Shown here piece after piece: positions 1-12,857 of a stretch of 64,000 nt of DNA; the first letter of the stretch is position 1, and every line of letters starts with the position of its first letter. The DNA is from Octopus sinensis (lineage: Eukaryota): contig NC_043003.1 of the NCBI RefSeq assembly GCF_006345805.1, positions 83,204,001 to 83,268,000 of the forward strand, written 5' to 3'. Position numbers and translations under genes: made by a program. A model generated the notes under the pieces. The model did not search any database. It was not told the origin of the DNA and saw only the letters and a program-made list of their open reading frames with translations.

Positions 1-450
1 TGTTCTTTTATTCGTTGATTGTATTCTATTGTTTTCTTTCTATTATGTTTTTTACTTACATATCTCACATTTTTTTCCTTTCAAGTTTATGTCTTTATGA
101 ATTAGGAGAGTTCTTCTGGGATTCAAATTTACTCCCAAATCAGAGCTATTTTCTCTACAGGGAATATGCATATATGTTGTGGAATTAGTGACAGATTGCT
201 ACCATAAATTGTGTATGTAGTTAGTAAGCGTATTCCTCTTAGGTCCTATAATGCTATTATCTTATTTACGAGAGTTTATTAACATTTGTCTCCTTTATTT
301 AATATACTTGTAAATATTTTTTCCGGGAACCGTTTATGGTTTTCTATTGATGACTTATGTAGATTCCATTCTCTGTATTTTTACGCACAAAATTCGAAGT
401 GCTCATTCTCGTTTAATATTAGAATTAATCGTATGATTTCTATATTACAA

Positions 451-680
451 GGCGGCGAGCTGGCAGAATCGCTAGCGCGCCGGGCAAAATGCTTAGCGGT
501 ATTTCGTCTGTCGTTACGTTCTGAGTTCAAATTCCGCCGAGGTCGACTTTATCTTTCATCCTCTCGGGGTCGATAAATAAAGTACCAGTTTCGCACTGAG
601 TCGATGTAATCGACTTAATCCCTTTGTCTGTCCTTGTTTGTCCCCTCTATGTTTAGCCCCTTGTGGGTAGTAAAGAAATA
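451..680 (+). mobile_element. tRNA-derived SINE family A, young full-length copy with Tx1-like tail
   Basis: Head GGCGGCGAGCTGGCAGAATCG, B-box-like GAGTTCAAATTCC, central GGTCGACTTT..TTTCATCC..GGGGTCGATAAA (Deu/Nin-like), tail GCCCCTTGTGGGTAGTAAAGAAATA; many homologues in the window. Confidence 0.9.
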
Positions 681-710
681 TATATTTATTATTTGCTATT
701 CTTACTTTGT

Positions 711-1160
711 GGAGGCGCAATGGCCCAGTGGTTAGGATCGCGGTTTCGATTCCCAGACCGGGCATTGTGTGTGTTTATTAAGCGAAAACACCTAAAGCTC
801 CACCGCAACTTTCCCTCACTCTTTCTTCCTGTTTCTGTTGTACCTGTATTCCAAAGGGCCAGCCTTGTCACACTCTGTGTCACGCTGAATCTCCCCGAGA
901 ACTACGTTAAGGGTACACGTGGAGTCTGTGGAGTCGGTGGAGTGCTCAGCCGCTTCCACGTTAATAAATGAGCTGCGACGTCATTGATACCAAGCTGTAT
1001 CGGCCTTTGCCTTTCGCTTGGATAATATCGGTTGCGTGGAGAGGGGAGGCTGATATGCGTGGGCGACTGCTGGTCTTCCATAAACAACTTTGCCCAGACT
1101 TTACCTCGGAGGGTAACTTTCTAGGTGCAATCCCACGGTCATTCATGACCGAAGGGAGTC
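711..1160 (+). mobile_element. tRNA-derived SINE family B, composite or internally deleted copy
   Basis: Head GGAGGCGCAATGGCCCAGTGGTTAG..GGTTTCGATTCCCAGACCGGGC shared with 42763-43030 and 63409-63690. Confidence 0.7.
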
Positions 1161-1225
1161 ACAACGCAAATTCTTACTTTGGAGATGAATTTTGATTAAA
1201 GTTTTAGCAGTATCTAATTTATGTG

Positions 1226-1480
1226 CAGGCGCGTGGCTTAGCGATTAGGGTGGTGGACTCCCAATCGTAAAATTGTGGCTTCGATTCCTGGACCAGGCGA
1301 CGCGTTGGATTCTTGAGCAAAACACCTCATTTTGCGTTGCTCCAATACACTCAGCTGGCAAAAATGAGGACTCCTGTAACGGACCGGCGTCCTGTCCAGG
1401 TGGGGAATATATAAACCATGGAACCGAGAAAACGGCCCTTATTAGTCGCTATGATTTGAGAAGGTGACTTTACCTTTAAT
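1226..1480 (+). mobile_element. tRNA-derived SINE (B/C group, V-domain-like body)
   Basis: A/B-box-like head, CTTGAGCAAAACAC core, GGACCGGCGTCCTGTCCAGGTGGGG module shared with 42763 and 63409 copies. Confidence 0.7.
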
Positions 1481-1834
1481 TTTTGGTATCTAATTTATAG
1501 TGAGCAAGGCAATCTAAACAATTACGATATATGTTCCAGCTGTAGCCAGTTCGTTTTCATTTCTTTCCTTGTTATTGAGCATGTTTTGCAAAGTGTAGGT
1601 TTAGCAAACACCGCTATTAACATTCCATCTAATTCTATTCTAAGTTATTCTCTACCTTGTTATTTTTCCTAGCGGAAAATGGTTGTGTATCAAGAAATTT
1701 ATGGACCTATGTCTAAAAAATTATCATCATCATCATCGTTGCCGCCGAAGTCATCTTCGTCACCGCCGACGTCATCTTCGTCGCCGCCGACGTCATACTC
1801 ATCGTCATACTAGGGAATTTTCGTGGGGACACAC

Positions 1835-2376
1835 TAGGGAATTTTCGGTCCATAACTTTGCTAAACACAGAGTTTAAGATTTTGGCCAAGATGTTAGAGA
1901 CAATGTTGGCGCCTGTCATTGGTAGTATAGTAGGAGAAGCACACATATGCGCAATCCCGAACAGGTCTATTCGCGACAACCTCCACCTTATGCAATACAT
2001 CGTAGAGAGAGCTGGGACTAAAGGTGGCTCCAGTGGGGCACTGATCAATTTGGATCAATCAGAAGCATTCGATAAGGTAGACCATCGTTATCTGGAAGTC
2101 GTCCTTAAAGCGGTCAGTTTAGGACCCATTTTCGTGGGCTGGATCGATTAAATGCACAACGCCACCTGCTCGGTGGTCAAATTAAGTGGTCATCTATCGG
2201 AATCGTTTAGCATCGCACGCCCGGACTGTCAGTGTTGCCCGATGTCACCTCTTCTGTACATGCTGGCTCTCGCGTCACTGTTGCGGAAGTTGGAACTATT
2301 CAGGGGCATCTCTTTCGAACTGGGACTCGGAAGAGCAGTGACTGCATATGCGGATGACTTCATGATGGTGTCTTAG
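1835..2376 (+). pseudogene. Tx1/L1-clade non-LTR retrotransposon reverse transcriptase fragment
   Basis: NFRSITLLNTEFKILAK, IPNRSIRDNL, LINLDQSEAFDKVDHRYL, CPMSPLLY, AYADD motifs in one frame with an in-frame stop at 2149-2151. Confidence 0.9.
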
Positions 2377-2479
2377 AACATTGAAGTGATGGTAATAAAT
2401 GGATGTCATTCTCGGATTCTGTGCGTCAAAAGTTCCCTAGTTCATGTCGAAACTTTTTGACCGCAGAGAAAAAGTTATT

Positions 2480-3510
2480 GACTTGTGTTGTTATTGTTAT
2501 TTTTTTTGTTGCTGTAGTTCGTGATGACGATGTTGTTCTTGTTGTTATTGTGGATGACATTCCTGCTAATATGGTTGTTGTTATTGTTGCGGTGGTGGTA
2601 GTGGTAGTGGTTGTGGCATTGGTGAGTGTCGTGGTAGTGTCAACAACACGTCCCTTCGAGTGGCTCTTAAGTTTGCTTGTCTGTTCAAAAGCTGCTAAAT
2701 TTTGAAATTTTATTATGTAACATTTAAATCAACCAGAATACATATGAGATGATGGTTTTGTTTCTTTTTGTTCCTCATCCATTGGAGATTATATTTACTA
2801 TAAAAATTTTAAATTCTCGTTTGAACACATTCTCTTCTACAAACATGGCGTCAACTTTTATAGCGAGCAAACTAACAGGAGAGATAGCTGACATGCAAAT
2901 CGAACTGCACAGTATGTGGAAAGAAGGAAAACGAAAGTCAAGAGTTCAAAGTTCAAATATTTGTACTGCTGCTACAATGGCAAATGACAGTAGCGTTAAC
3001 AACAAACACAATAACAAACGTAGCAAAAGCAACAGCAGCAGCAGTCCAAGAATTTGGACCTGAAGATTTCCATTTCCAGCGACTTCGAGGGCCACCTCCC
3101 AGTGGTGTCGGGCGTCAACGAAGAGTCCTCGACTACAACAAGACGACCAAAGTTTTTTTTTCAAAGGTCTTGGGTCTCCCGCCCCTAAGCCCTAGACCAT
3201 CACCTAATCACCCTTATCCGTCTTGTTGCTTAACAACAACAACAACAACAACACCAAAAGCAGCAGCAGCAGTGCAACAAAAGGTGACATTATGCTTATG
3301 GAATGGAAGTGTTTTCAAAAACATTGCAGCGCTGGTGCAATGGCAAATAAAGTAGCAATAAAAATAACAACAAAATTGACAAAACTAATAACAATATCAA
3401 CAACAGCATTGATAGCAAATGCACCGGCGGTAGCAACGATAAAGGCCCTAAAGATGACAACAGCTGCATCAGCAACGATTACAATACATCAAGAAATATT
3501 TATTTTGCCA
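2480..3510. repeat. Trinucleotide-mosaic low-complexity tracts (GTT/GTG then AAC/AGC/AAT)
   Basis: Degenerate triplet periodicity giving poly-V/N/T/S/A ORFs. Confidence 0.7.
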
Positions 3511-4380
3511 AGTTCACCATCATTTGCGACTATGTCTCCACAAAGAGCATGAACAGTTAATAAAATTCGGATTGACACGTCTACAGAATAGAAAGGTTAC
3601 ACTCAATATATCGCAAACTAAAACCATACGGAAAGAGAAACAATTCTTTATAGATACATATCGACGAAGCGATACAAATCGAAGTGTAGACATTCATAAC
3701 AAATTCAACTCTTTTTTAAGAAACATTTATCCTAGAAGAATTTTATGAGACATGACTATGATTTCAGATACATCCGAGCTATTTATCAGCGATCACATAG
3801 AACTCACAAATGGTATCCAACTGCACGTAATGGTGGAGGACAGATGATTAGGGGGACATGCATATGGTAAGACCAACCATTTGAGAGCCTTCTTCCTCCA
3901 ACAAAACTCAAAACACCATAAACTCGCACTGCTGGCGGCACCGCAACCACAAGAAGATCAACAGTAACAAGTTAACAGCAGCAATAGCGCAAGCACTACA
4001 ATAACCAGTGAATATTCGAGTTTTCTGTTTGCTTCGACTTGTCATGACATTTCTATGTCGTCCTTCAATTCTTACTTCGCCACATTATTTTCTGTTTTCA
4101 GTTTAACCGGATGTACCTATTCAAATCAAAGAAACTTTAACATCTTTCTAAGTGAAGCATTTCTTGCATGATAAGGGCATCTCGACAAGCTGATCAGTGC
4201 AATAAGAAAGAACCGAAAATGAGCAGTGTAAATGTTACATTAGTATTCCTAGAAAAACCGTGTCATTTTCTTTGAATTGGAAAAAGTTACCTACCCCCAC
4301 GTGGGAATATCTTTATACTTTACATTAAGTGTAATCTTTGTGTATGTTCACAAACTCAATATGTTATGAACATCTTCTAG

Positions 4381-4621
4381 CTTTACCTACGAAAAATCAC
4401 TAGGGGAAAGAATGCGATCAGCTTTCTTTACTCTCTGAAAAGTATTCTGTTGAGAGAACACATAAATGAAAAGGACAACCCTTTAGTTAAAAAATTTGAC
4501 TCATTGAAATCAAACTGCAAAGTATACTTACATTTGTTTACTCGGTGGTTAGAAAGATACTGTACAGTAAGACCTAGAGATTTAGACCCGTTAGAAGTTG
4601 TATCGAATGAGATGAAGTTAG
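4381..4621 (+). CDS. Probable internal coding exon of an unidentified gene (LYLRKITRGKNAISFLYSLKSILLREHINEKDNPLVKKFDSLKSNCKVYLHLFTRWLERYCTVRPRDLDPLEVVSNEMKL)
   Basis: 80 stop-free codons of ordinary composition bounded by CTTCTAG acceptor and AG|GTATGA donor; phase 0 to 1. Confidence 0.6.
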
Positions 4622-5025
4622 GTATGAGAGAACAGCTCCAAATGAAAGTATCAATATTTTGGGAATTTCCTTAAGATGTCTGCCCTGAACCTTATTTACG
4701 CAGTAATCCGATTCAAAATAATGAATATTCTATGAACTAATTTCGGAATCATACAGTGGCATTAACATATCCATTTAAAGGCATGGTTACACGTGAATAT
4801 ATATAGAAATATTGACGCTTTCATATTTTGATATTACACATGCAATTTTATTACTTGAGAGAAAGGAGAATATACTACTTTCATGTAAATTATGTTGTAC
4901 CTTATAACAATATATATCATCGAAATTCCACGAAAACTGCAATTATTTTATAGTACAGCAGTTACAAATACTTTTGTAAAGTACTATCTCAACAGTCTGT
5001 TTGTAATGATCAGTGGAACTTTCAG

Positions 5026-5120
5026 GTACATACATTTACGCTGATATATTGTTTCTATTGCTTTATCGTCTGTTCTCTAGAATAAGTATTTCGATCATAA
5101 GTAGTAGACTATACATTAAG
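5026..5120 (+). CDS. Possible next exon (GTYIYADILFLLLYRLFSRISISIISSRLYIK)
   Basis: CTTTCAG acceptor, phase 1 matches the previous exon; donor AAG|GTAGAA or alternative GAA|GTAAGA at 5126. Confidence 0.4.
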
Positions 5121-6449
5121 GTAGAAGTAAGAGTTGTTAACTTAATTGACTCTAATACCTTACTAATTACCTATTTTATCAGTCCGGTAAGAATTGAAGA
5201 TAATGTCAGCCAGAACGAAATACGAACTTTAAAGCCATGTTGCTAAATTTAGAAAATTAGAGCCTTTCATTTAAAGTTATTCACAACAACTAATGAAAGT
5301 ATTTAATCGACTGTATCGACCGCCCAAACAATTTCTTGGCATGAACATACGATAGACGTGATTACTTACGAAAATATTTCTGAATTAATAAGCGTTTCAA
5401 ATTTCGATACAACGACTGAGATTTTGAATATATTTTATTTCATTGTTCCCGAAATGAGAAAATGCGAAGTTGAGCTCTGCGGGATTTGAAATGAACGCGT
5501 AAATTGACTGGAAAAATACTACAAAATATTTCAACGTGCGGTCTAATAATTCTGTTAATCGACCATATATTTCTGAATTAATAAGGAAGTCAAGCTATAG
5601 TAAGCAAGAGATGTCGGGTCTAGCAGAACAATGTGACAGTTTCGTCTGTTTTGAATATCAAAGATTTCTTTGTTCTCTACTATATCGTCGAGCAAACACA
5701 CCACTTATCTCGTTAATTATAGGACCTGTATGTTATTCTTCCATTATTTAGTTTCAGTGTTTAATGAAACAGGGTATCTGTTCGTCACACAAATATTGTG
5801 ACCGTTGAGATTGACATCCTCATTCACCCTTGAACAGCAAGTAGCGTTAATATTCGTTTAAAATTCAAAGCCGTAGTTTCTTGCCTAAGGAAACCAAGGA
5901 TACACTACTCTCAATAAATTACACGAACACCAGTATTTGACTGGTATTTTATGTAATTGACACCTTAAAGCGGAAATACAAATTAGACCCAGGTGGTATT
6001 TGAAATCGGAACAAAAATGTAGATACCTAAAATGTACTAGGAATTTGTCTGACGTTTTAACGATCCTACCTTCTAGCAGTTTCGGTTGACCAAGCAGCTC
6101 GCATTTCATATCTTTCTTATTAGGGTTTGAGTAATTTAAAGCTTGTAGCACAAACTCACCTAACCAATTTTATATCGCCTCCACTTCTCATAAAATCTCT
6201 CTGTCAGAATTTATTCTCAGTATTAAAAGTAAACATGACATAACTTTATACTCTATACTGTAAATTATCATCGTCAAATTGTCACGGTAGACATTTAAAT
6301 TTCTTGAATCAACATTTCTTATATCCAATCTTTATTTTGACAGACATAATATTTACTGCTTTGAGGAAAGCCTAATCTCGTGGGAAAATTAATTATTACG
6401 TAATTCATATAAATTTAATACCTTTTACTCTTCAGACTTTTCTTTTCAG

Positions 6450-6542
6450 CCGCTCAGATTGAAACTTCTGACACATCCGATCACATTGAATAAAGGTCTC
6501 AATGGAAATTACATTAATTTCTATTTAGCTGTCATTGTGAAA
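6450..6542 (+). CDS. Possible exon (PLRLKLLTHPITLNKGLNGNYINFYLAVIVK)
   Basis: Strong pyrimidine tract TTTTCTTTTCAG, open frame phase 0-0, weak donor GTATTC. Confidence 0.3.
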
Positions 6543-6944
6543 GTATTCGATACTAACGGCTAATGCTTAACTCTCGCTGTTAACCTCCTGTTAAAAATCG
6601 GTTGTTGATAGACAGTGTTGATCTTCTGCGGGTATTAAAGCAATCACCTCCAGTCATATTTGTATATTTGTACTGCTTCTCATTTAAGATTACGCTGAAT
6701 ATCAATGGCGGGAAACAAATGATAATTAGAAATGGTGTGGCTATAGCTTTTGGCCTCAACTGATTCATGTGTTATTAAATAAGAGGCTAAATTAATGCAA
6801 AACAATGGAAGATTTCCCAAGGTTAACTGCAGAGGTGCATATGCAGTACTGTACGTTGTCAAAGAATGATTAATACGTTTAATTTGAAATAATTCCTAGT
6901 GTAGTCTAGCAATTTTATTTTGTAACTTCTTATTACCGCAGTAG

Positions 6945-7038
6945 AAACTAACATACACTTCTAGCAAAAGAGAATCCAAAACACCAATCTTTAGTAATGC
7001 AGTGCCAACAATAATAAAGGGTTTTCGTATGCATAACG
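6945..7038 (+). CDS. Possible exon (KLTYTSSKRESKTPIFSNAVPTIIKGFRMHN)
   Basis: CAGTAG NAGNAG acceptor, open frame, CG|GTAGGC donor; phase 0 to 1. Confidence 0.35.
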
Positions 7039-8339
7039 GTAGGCTTTAAACACCGAATAAGGGAGAAAGCCTTAGTAGAGCCGTGCTGACGCATGAAATC
7101 GATACAATCAAACATCTCTAGGATATGATTAGTATTTAGTTTGTCAAACGAATTGGACATAAGCTCAGAATGTTGAACTAATATAGATTTAAATCGGTAA
7201 ACCGCCGTTTCTAATCATTCTACACCCATCTCCTCTAGAGTTATTATTTCTGATATAGCCAAGAGATCATACATTTGGATGGATGTAAGGAACAGAAAAT
7301 TAAATGGACTACAGTGTTTTACTTGTAATGTGTTTTATTTATTTTATTTTATTTTATTTCAGAGGAAATGTCAAGCACGGTGAGATAAGACATCAGAACT
7401 TAAAGACATGTAAAAAAAATATTGGAAAGTGCCCTGTAAATCGTTCTACCATTTGTGCAAATACATACCCTGTCTCTTTTCCTTACGTTATCACAGGTTA
7501 CAAAGTCTTAAGGAAACATATAATCGAGTGTGCGCAAAATATTACTGTGCAATCTATACCAGAAGGACAAAACACAATGTAGTAAGGTTTGAATTTAGAA
7601 TATCGAGTGACGAAACTATATTGCAAACTATAGAATCAAATGACTGAAACCACATGAGTCTATAGTTAGCAATATCTCTTAAGAAACCGATGATACATAA
7701 GTTTACATCAGAAATATAAAAATATAAATGCAAAGTGAAAGACAGCTTTAAGTTTTTAGTATTTTATCATCTCCTATTCAGGAACTTTTTCGTGTTCTGC
7801 TTCTGTCTGTGAAACTTCAGGAATTTTCTTTTTGCGTAAAATTTGTGTTTAGAACTTCTTCAATGAATTTAACGTAGCTTGTCTAAAGAATTTTACATGA
7901 AATAATAAAAGTCTAGTGCTACGTACATAAGAGCCTAGTGTCATCTGTATAAAAGTGTCATTTGAAATGACAGTTTGTTATTAATATTCAAAACGACAAC
8001 TACATCTTAGAATACACGAGATCTATTAGAAACTAACAAAATCATGCATGTACACTTCTACACTTTTTCTGTCCTCCACACCCAAGTCTTAAAGTCTTCA
8101 TTCATTGTGAAATAGATGCTGAAAAACTTTACCGATGTAATCAGTAGGACAATGGCAAAGCTGTCTTTCCTCATTTACTAATAAAAGAACACAATATTAT
8201 TTCAAGACAAATTTTCATCAAAGTGATTTGTATAATTTATGCCAGTACAACCGAAGACCAATCGTTTACTGAATCTTAACGACACATATAACCTGTAATT
8301 TCTTCCATTACCTGCAGTTGTTATTGGTGATCATTTCCT

Positions 8340-8402
<63 letters not shown>

Positions 8403-8410
8403 GGTGTTAG

Positions 8411-8470
8411 GATGTCAATGAGAAAAATGTATGTTATTGGTAGCAGGTTGAATGGTAATGCAGAAACTAG
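8411..8470 (+). CDS. Possible 60-nt exon (MSMRKMYVIGSRLNGNAET)
   Basis: TTAG acceptor after (ATT)n, only one frame open, strong AG|GTAAGC donor. Confidence 0.35.
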
Positions 8471-8898
8471 GTAAGCTTTATATGGATAATATGTTGTGCT
8501 ATCACAAATATTAATTTCTCCTGGTGGTAATCAAATAAGCATAAACAAACTGACAAATATATCGCCACACAATAAATTACCCTCCACTTTGTCACATCAT
8601 TTGAGAACTTCCACATAATCGCTCAATTTGGTAGAAATAGCGGCCATTCATGTCAGACCCTACTGTCTTTAAAGAAGAAATACTGTGTCCATGGTATCCT
8701 ATTTAATTAGCAGGTTATCTTCAGACTGAAGGCCCGACTCAAACGTTTCTACGGAATACACTACACTAGAGGCACTCAAAGAGTACAGCGCGCTGTTAAG
8801 CTGGATGTTAGATTATGTTTACTCTCTATAAATAAGAACAGTAATCACTCAGTTTTTTTCTCCAAACATCACTCAGAATATTTTAATAAAGATATGTA

Positions 8899-10069
8899 TT
8901 GGGTCATTCCATAAATAATGCGGTGTTTTTGTACGTCTTTTATTTTTCAGAATTAAAATAAAGTTCTTTTTCAGTCTAAAATATATACTCTTACATTTTC
9001 AACAATGCTCTTCCAGCTATCTTGCAAGGCCCATCTTCCAAAACTCACTTGTCCGTGACGAAAATACTCCTCCAGGACTGTTCTGACCTCGTCTACAGAA
9101 TTCCTATTTTTCCGTCCAATTGATTTAGAAGACTGCAGAATAAATGATAATCAGATGGGTCAATGTCCGGTGAATATAATGGGTGGGGCATCGTTTCCCA
9201 TTCAAACAGCTCCAGCCTTTGGTATGTCAACCTCGTTGAATGTAGCCTAGCATTATCCTGATTGAAGAACAACTTCGTCTTCAAACCAAAGATTCTCGTT
9301 TTTCTTCTAGTGCTGACTTAAGCCGCTCAAGCTGCTCGCAGTAGATCTCCTTTGTTAATGTTTGGTTTGAGTTTAAAAGTTCAAAGTGGGCTAAACCTTT
9401 CATATCGCACCAAACAGGTAACACCTTACGTGGGTGAAGAACTTCTTTAGCCTGTGGTGCCGGTGTTTCTCCTTTCCCTAGCCACTGCTTTCGGCGCTTG
9501 ACATTTTTTATACAGAGCGTATTTCTCGTCACCAGACTCTATCCGGTTCAAAAAAGGTTCATTGCTGAATTTTCCGATGTTGATGAATAGTTGATTGGCC
9601 AAATCCAAGCTTGTCTGCTACTTTCTCAACAGTTACGATGGGATTTTTTTCCCACCAAGTTTTGCAGGACTTCCTAGTCGAGCTCTACAGATCTTCCAGA
9701 ACGCGGCTCAACAACTAGGCTGTAGTTTCTGGCTCGGAATTTCTAGAACAACCGTTGACACAGGCTTACGCTTATTGCCCAAACCTCATATACTGCATCA
9801 ATATTCTTCACACTTTCTGTTGCGTTGTTGCCTTTATTGAACTCATGAAGCAAAATATGCCGAATACGCTCCTTTGCCACTTCCATTATAGCTTTGAAAA
9901 AATAGCTATTAAAATCGAACTGCACTCTTCAAAACTTGCACTAACTATAAGGTCATGGTAAAATTACTACTAGCTTTTATAGAAAGTTGATGCAGGTAGT
10001 TCATCCCGTCCCCTTCCGACTTTTAATTCATGCAATTGAAAAAACCGCATTATTTATGGGATGACCCAA
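8899..10069 (-). mobile_element. Mariner (DD34D) DNA transposon, decayed, both TIRs present
   Basis: TIRs TTGGGTCATTCCATAAATAATGCGG / CCGCATTATTTATGGGATGACCCAA with TA on each side; MEVAKERIRHILLHEFNKG N-terminus, QDNARLH and HPLYSPDIDPSDYHLF motifs; frameshifts and stops. Confidence 0.95.
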
Positions 10070-10318
10070 TATATTTGATTTTAACCCACACCTGCATATT
10101 CGATCTGAATGACATTCACTGTGAGGTTTTGTCTCAGAAAACAACTTTACTCTATATATTTTGTGTGTGAAAATAAGCTCCAAAATATATGCGCAGACTG
10201 ACACCGACGATTCGCCTCAGATTTGCCTCTTCAGCGGGGGATACTGCTTTGATTTTCTAAAGTTAGATACCATTCACGTTTCAGTGTGCAGTAACTTAGT
10301 AAAAGTATATATACAAAC

Positions 10319-10630
10319 AATTATTCCGATTCAAGCTCCTTATGAGCATTTACTAATACATTTCACACGAGTTTAATCCATTCGATGCTTTAGTAGAAGA
10401 CACTTTCAGGAGAGTCAAATCTGAAACCATAAAGCTATGAAGCAAACTTCTGCAGCGCAGACCCATACTTAAAACGGATAGACATTTGAATAATGCAGTT
10501 ATAATATACCATAATGTGAACGGGATGGTTATGGCTGGAATGCTTTCATTATAGGATAGCTCAATCAATGCCCAACAGAGCTTTATCAGCAAAAACAAGC
10601 GCACCACTATAACTACGTATTTTATTACCA
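10319..10630 (+). repeat. Copy 1 of a diverged ~310 bp local duplication (copy 2 at 12858-13175)
   Basis: Collinear blocks such as GAGTTTAATCCATTC, GAGTCAAATCTGAAACCATAAA, GCTGGAATGCTTTC, ATCAATGCCCAACAGA. Confidence 0.8.
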
Positions 10631-10790
10631 ATTCGGGTCAACAAAAGAGTTTCTATGTGAGTGATCAAGTTGTTGGAAACAGTAATTAATTATCCATCAG
10701 AACACAAATTAATGCTTCAATTAAATAAGGATTCCAAGACCAAATATTCCTTGATATTCAAAAAATACGAGATGCTCATAACTGTTACAC

Positions 10791-10863
10791 ATTTGATCCC
10801 AGATCTATTTGATCCTAGATCTATTTGATCCTAGATCTATTTGATCCTAGATCTATTTGATCT
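10791..10863. repeat. 16-bp minisatellite (ATTTGATCCTAGATCT) x ~4.5
   Basis: Directly visible tandem units. Confidence 0.9.
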
Positions 10864-11654
10864 GAGCTAGCCAGGGGGTAGAGAACAGCAGCATCTTTAT
10901 TCCTATCTGTTTTAAAATAAAATGAATTCAACCGTTCAGAAATTTATATCTAGGTAACGGATACATTGCAACACGGACAACAAAATTCGAACACCAGACA
11001 CTAAATTGATTAAGTATATCTTGTGAAAAATAATGACCAAACTTGAATGCAAAAGACAGCACTTGCAGAAAAGCAATGTTCAATTCACAAATGAAATTAG
11101 TGAAGTTACCGTTTCTATCATGTAATTATGGTGAAAGATCATACGATAAATCCTTTCGGCGAAATATTTTCTGCAACTCTGACTCTATTATGGTCATAGA
11201 TGTTTCACATCAATTATAATAAAACTGCCAAGATTAAGGAAATTTGAAAATAATCATTTCTAATATCACCCACTGCTGGATACTTTTGATCACTAGAGGT
11301 CAACAGTTGTTTCCTTAGTTTTCAAATAGCTCTTTAATTTTCATCTAATTTAATTCAATTATTCGTGGAGAATTTGTAAAAGTCCCTAACGATTTCTTTT
11401 CCATTATATATAATTGGAGATAGATGAAAACTCTTGCAAAAACTTATGTAGAATATTTTACTATTTTGATAGATATGTCAGAATGTTATACGAGAGTGAA
11501 TTGGGAAGTAATGCAATATATATTTGCTTTGCTTTCTAACTCACGTTCGTATACAGACTTACATACACATATAAATCAGAAATATATATCTATAAATAAT
11601 CTATTCATACACACACACACGTACACAAATATATATATATATACCTTTTTTTTG

Positions 11655-12111
11655 TTACTTGTTTCAGTAAGTAGACGGCGGCCAGGCTGAGGAACCGCCT
11701 TGAAGAAACTTTTAACCGAATAAATCGACACCAGTACATATTTTTTAACCCTGGTACTTATTCTGCGGGTTTCTTTTTGCCGGACCGCTAAGTTGCGGGG
11801 ACGTAAACAAAACAACAGCGGTTATGAAGAGCTGAGGGAGAGGACAAGCATTGGCACAAATTAGACACACGCACGCATACAAACTTAAATACACCTGCAC
11901 ATACACACACATGTACACGCACGCACACACACCACACACACCCATATGCAAACATACATACATACATACATACGACGAGCTTCTTTCAGTTTCCGTCTAC
12001 CAAACCCACTCACAAGCTTTAGTGATGGCACTTGTCTAAGGTGCCACCCATTAGGGACTGAGCCCGGAATCATGGTTGCAAAGAAATTTTTTACAACAGT
12101 CACACCTGCCC

Positions 12112-12112
<1 letters not shown>
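11655..12112 (-). mobile_element. tRNA-derived SINE family D, degenerate copy
   Basis: Homologous to 52721-53148 including the internal (CA)n/(TA)n tract. Confidence 0.8.
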
Positions 12113-12144
<32 letters not shown>

Positions 12145-12371
12145 CGCGCGCACGTGTGTGTCTGTCTGTGTTTATACATTCACGCGTGTGTTTGTACGTG
12201 TGCGTGTATATGTGTGCGCGTGTGTATGCAATATTTTGGCGTTCCTACCAAAGTGGGAGAATATTCTACAACAGCTTTTGGAAGACTTTTAACTTATCTA
12301 CTATAATATCTAACAGAAGGGAAGTTTCAAAAACTTACACAAATTCTTCTCGTGTAGTTTAATTCAATATA

Positions 12372-12850
12372 CAGGGGTTGCACACAATAATGGAAACACC
12401 TTAAAATTGCAAACAATTTATTTTGATATGGTGTAGGACCGCCTTTGACAGTAATTATAGCTTGAGTTCTACGACGTAAGGACTCGGACAAAGTTTGAAT
12501 TCTTTCCAAATTACTTTCCGTCCATTCTTCAGCTAAATTCTCCAGTTCTTGTAGTGATGATAGTGGAGGATATCGACTCTTTACTTGTCTTTCTAAAGTG
12601 CACCATAAATGTTCAATCATATTGAGGTCTGGAGATTGTGGCGGCCACATAAGATGTTCGATTTCACAAGAGTGCTCCTCGTGCCATTCAGTAACAACGT
12701 TAGCAGCGTGAATTGGTGCATTATCATCCTGAAAGATTTCGTTTCCTTCCGGAAACTGTTCCGCAAACATAGGATGAATTTGATCCGATAAAATGCTTAA
12801 ATAATCTTGACTATGAATTCTGCAATGAAAGGAATCTATTGAGCCGGCGG
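12372..12850 (-). mobile_element. Tc1-family (DD34E) transposon 3' fragment with one TIR
   Basis: IFQDDNAPIH, WPPQSPDLNMIEHLW and KGGPTPY motifs; TA-CAGGGGTTGCACACAATAATGGAAACACC terminus. Confidence 0.9.
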
Positions 12851-12857
12851 ATTTCTA

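Noticed and set aside
451-540. tRNA-like sequences at SINE heads
   Set aside because: A/B boxes are present but there is no complete cloverleaf, and they continue into SINE bodies
1835-2376. Tx1 RT fragment as the proven autonomous partner of the ORF1-only element
   Set aside because: Its 3' end is absent, so a shared tail cannot be shown from this window
2749-3552. Poly-Asn/Thr/Ser/Ala ORFs
   Set aside because: Trinucleotide drift with several frames open and no domain or splice support
3524-3748. Possible GIY-YIG endonuclease relic
   Set aside because: Only a faint YI.QT-like match needing a frameshift; not supportable
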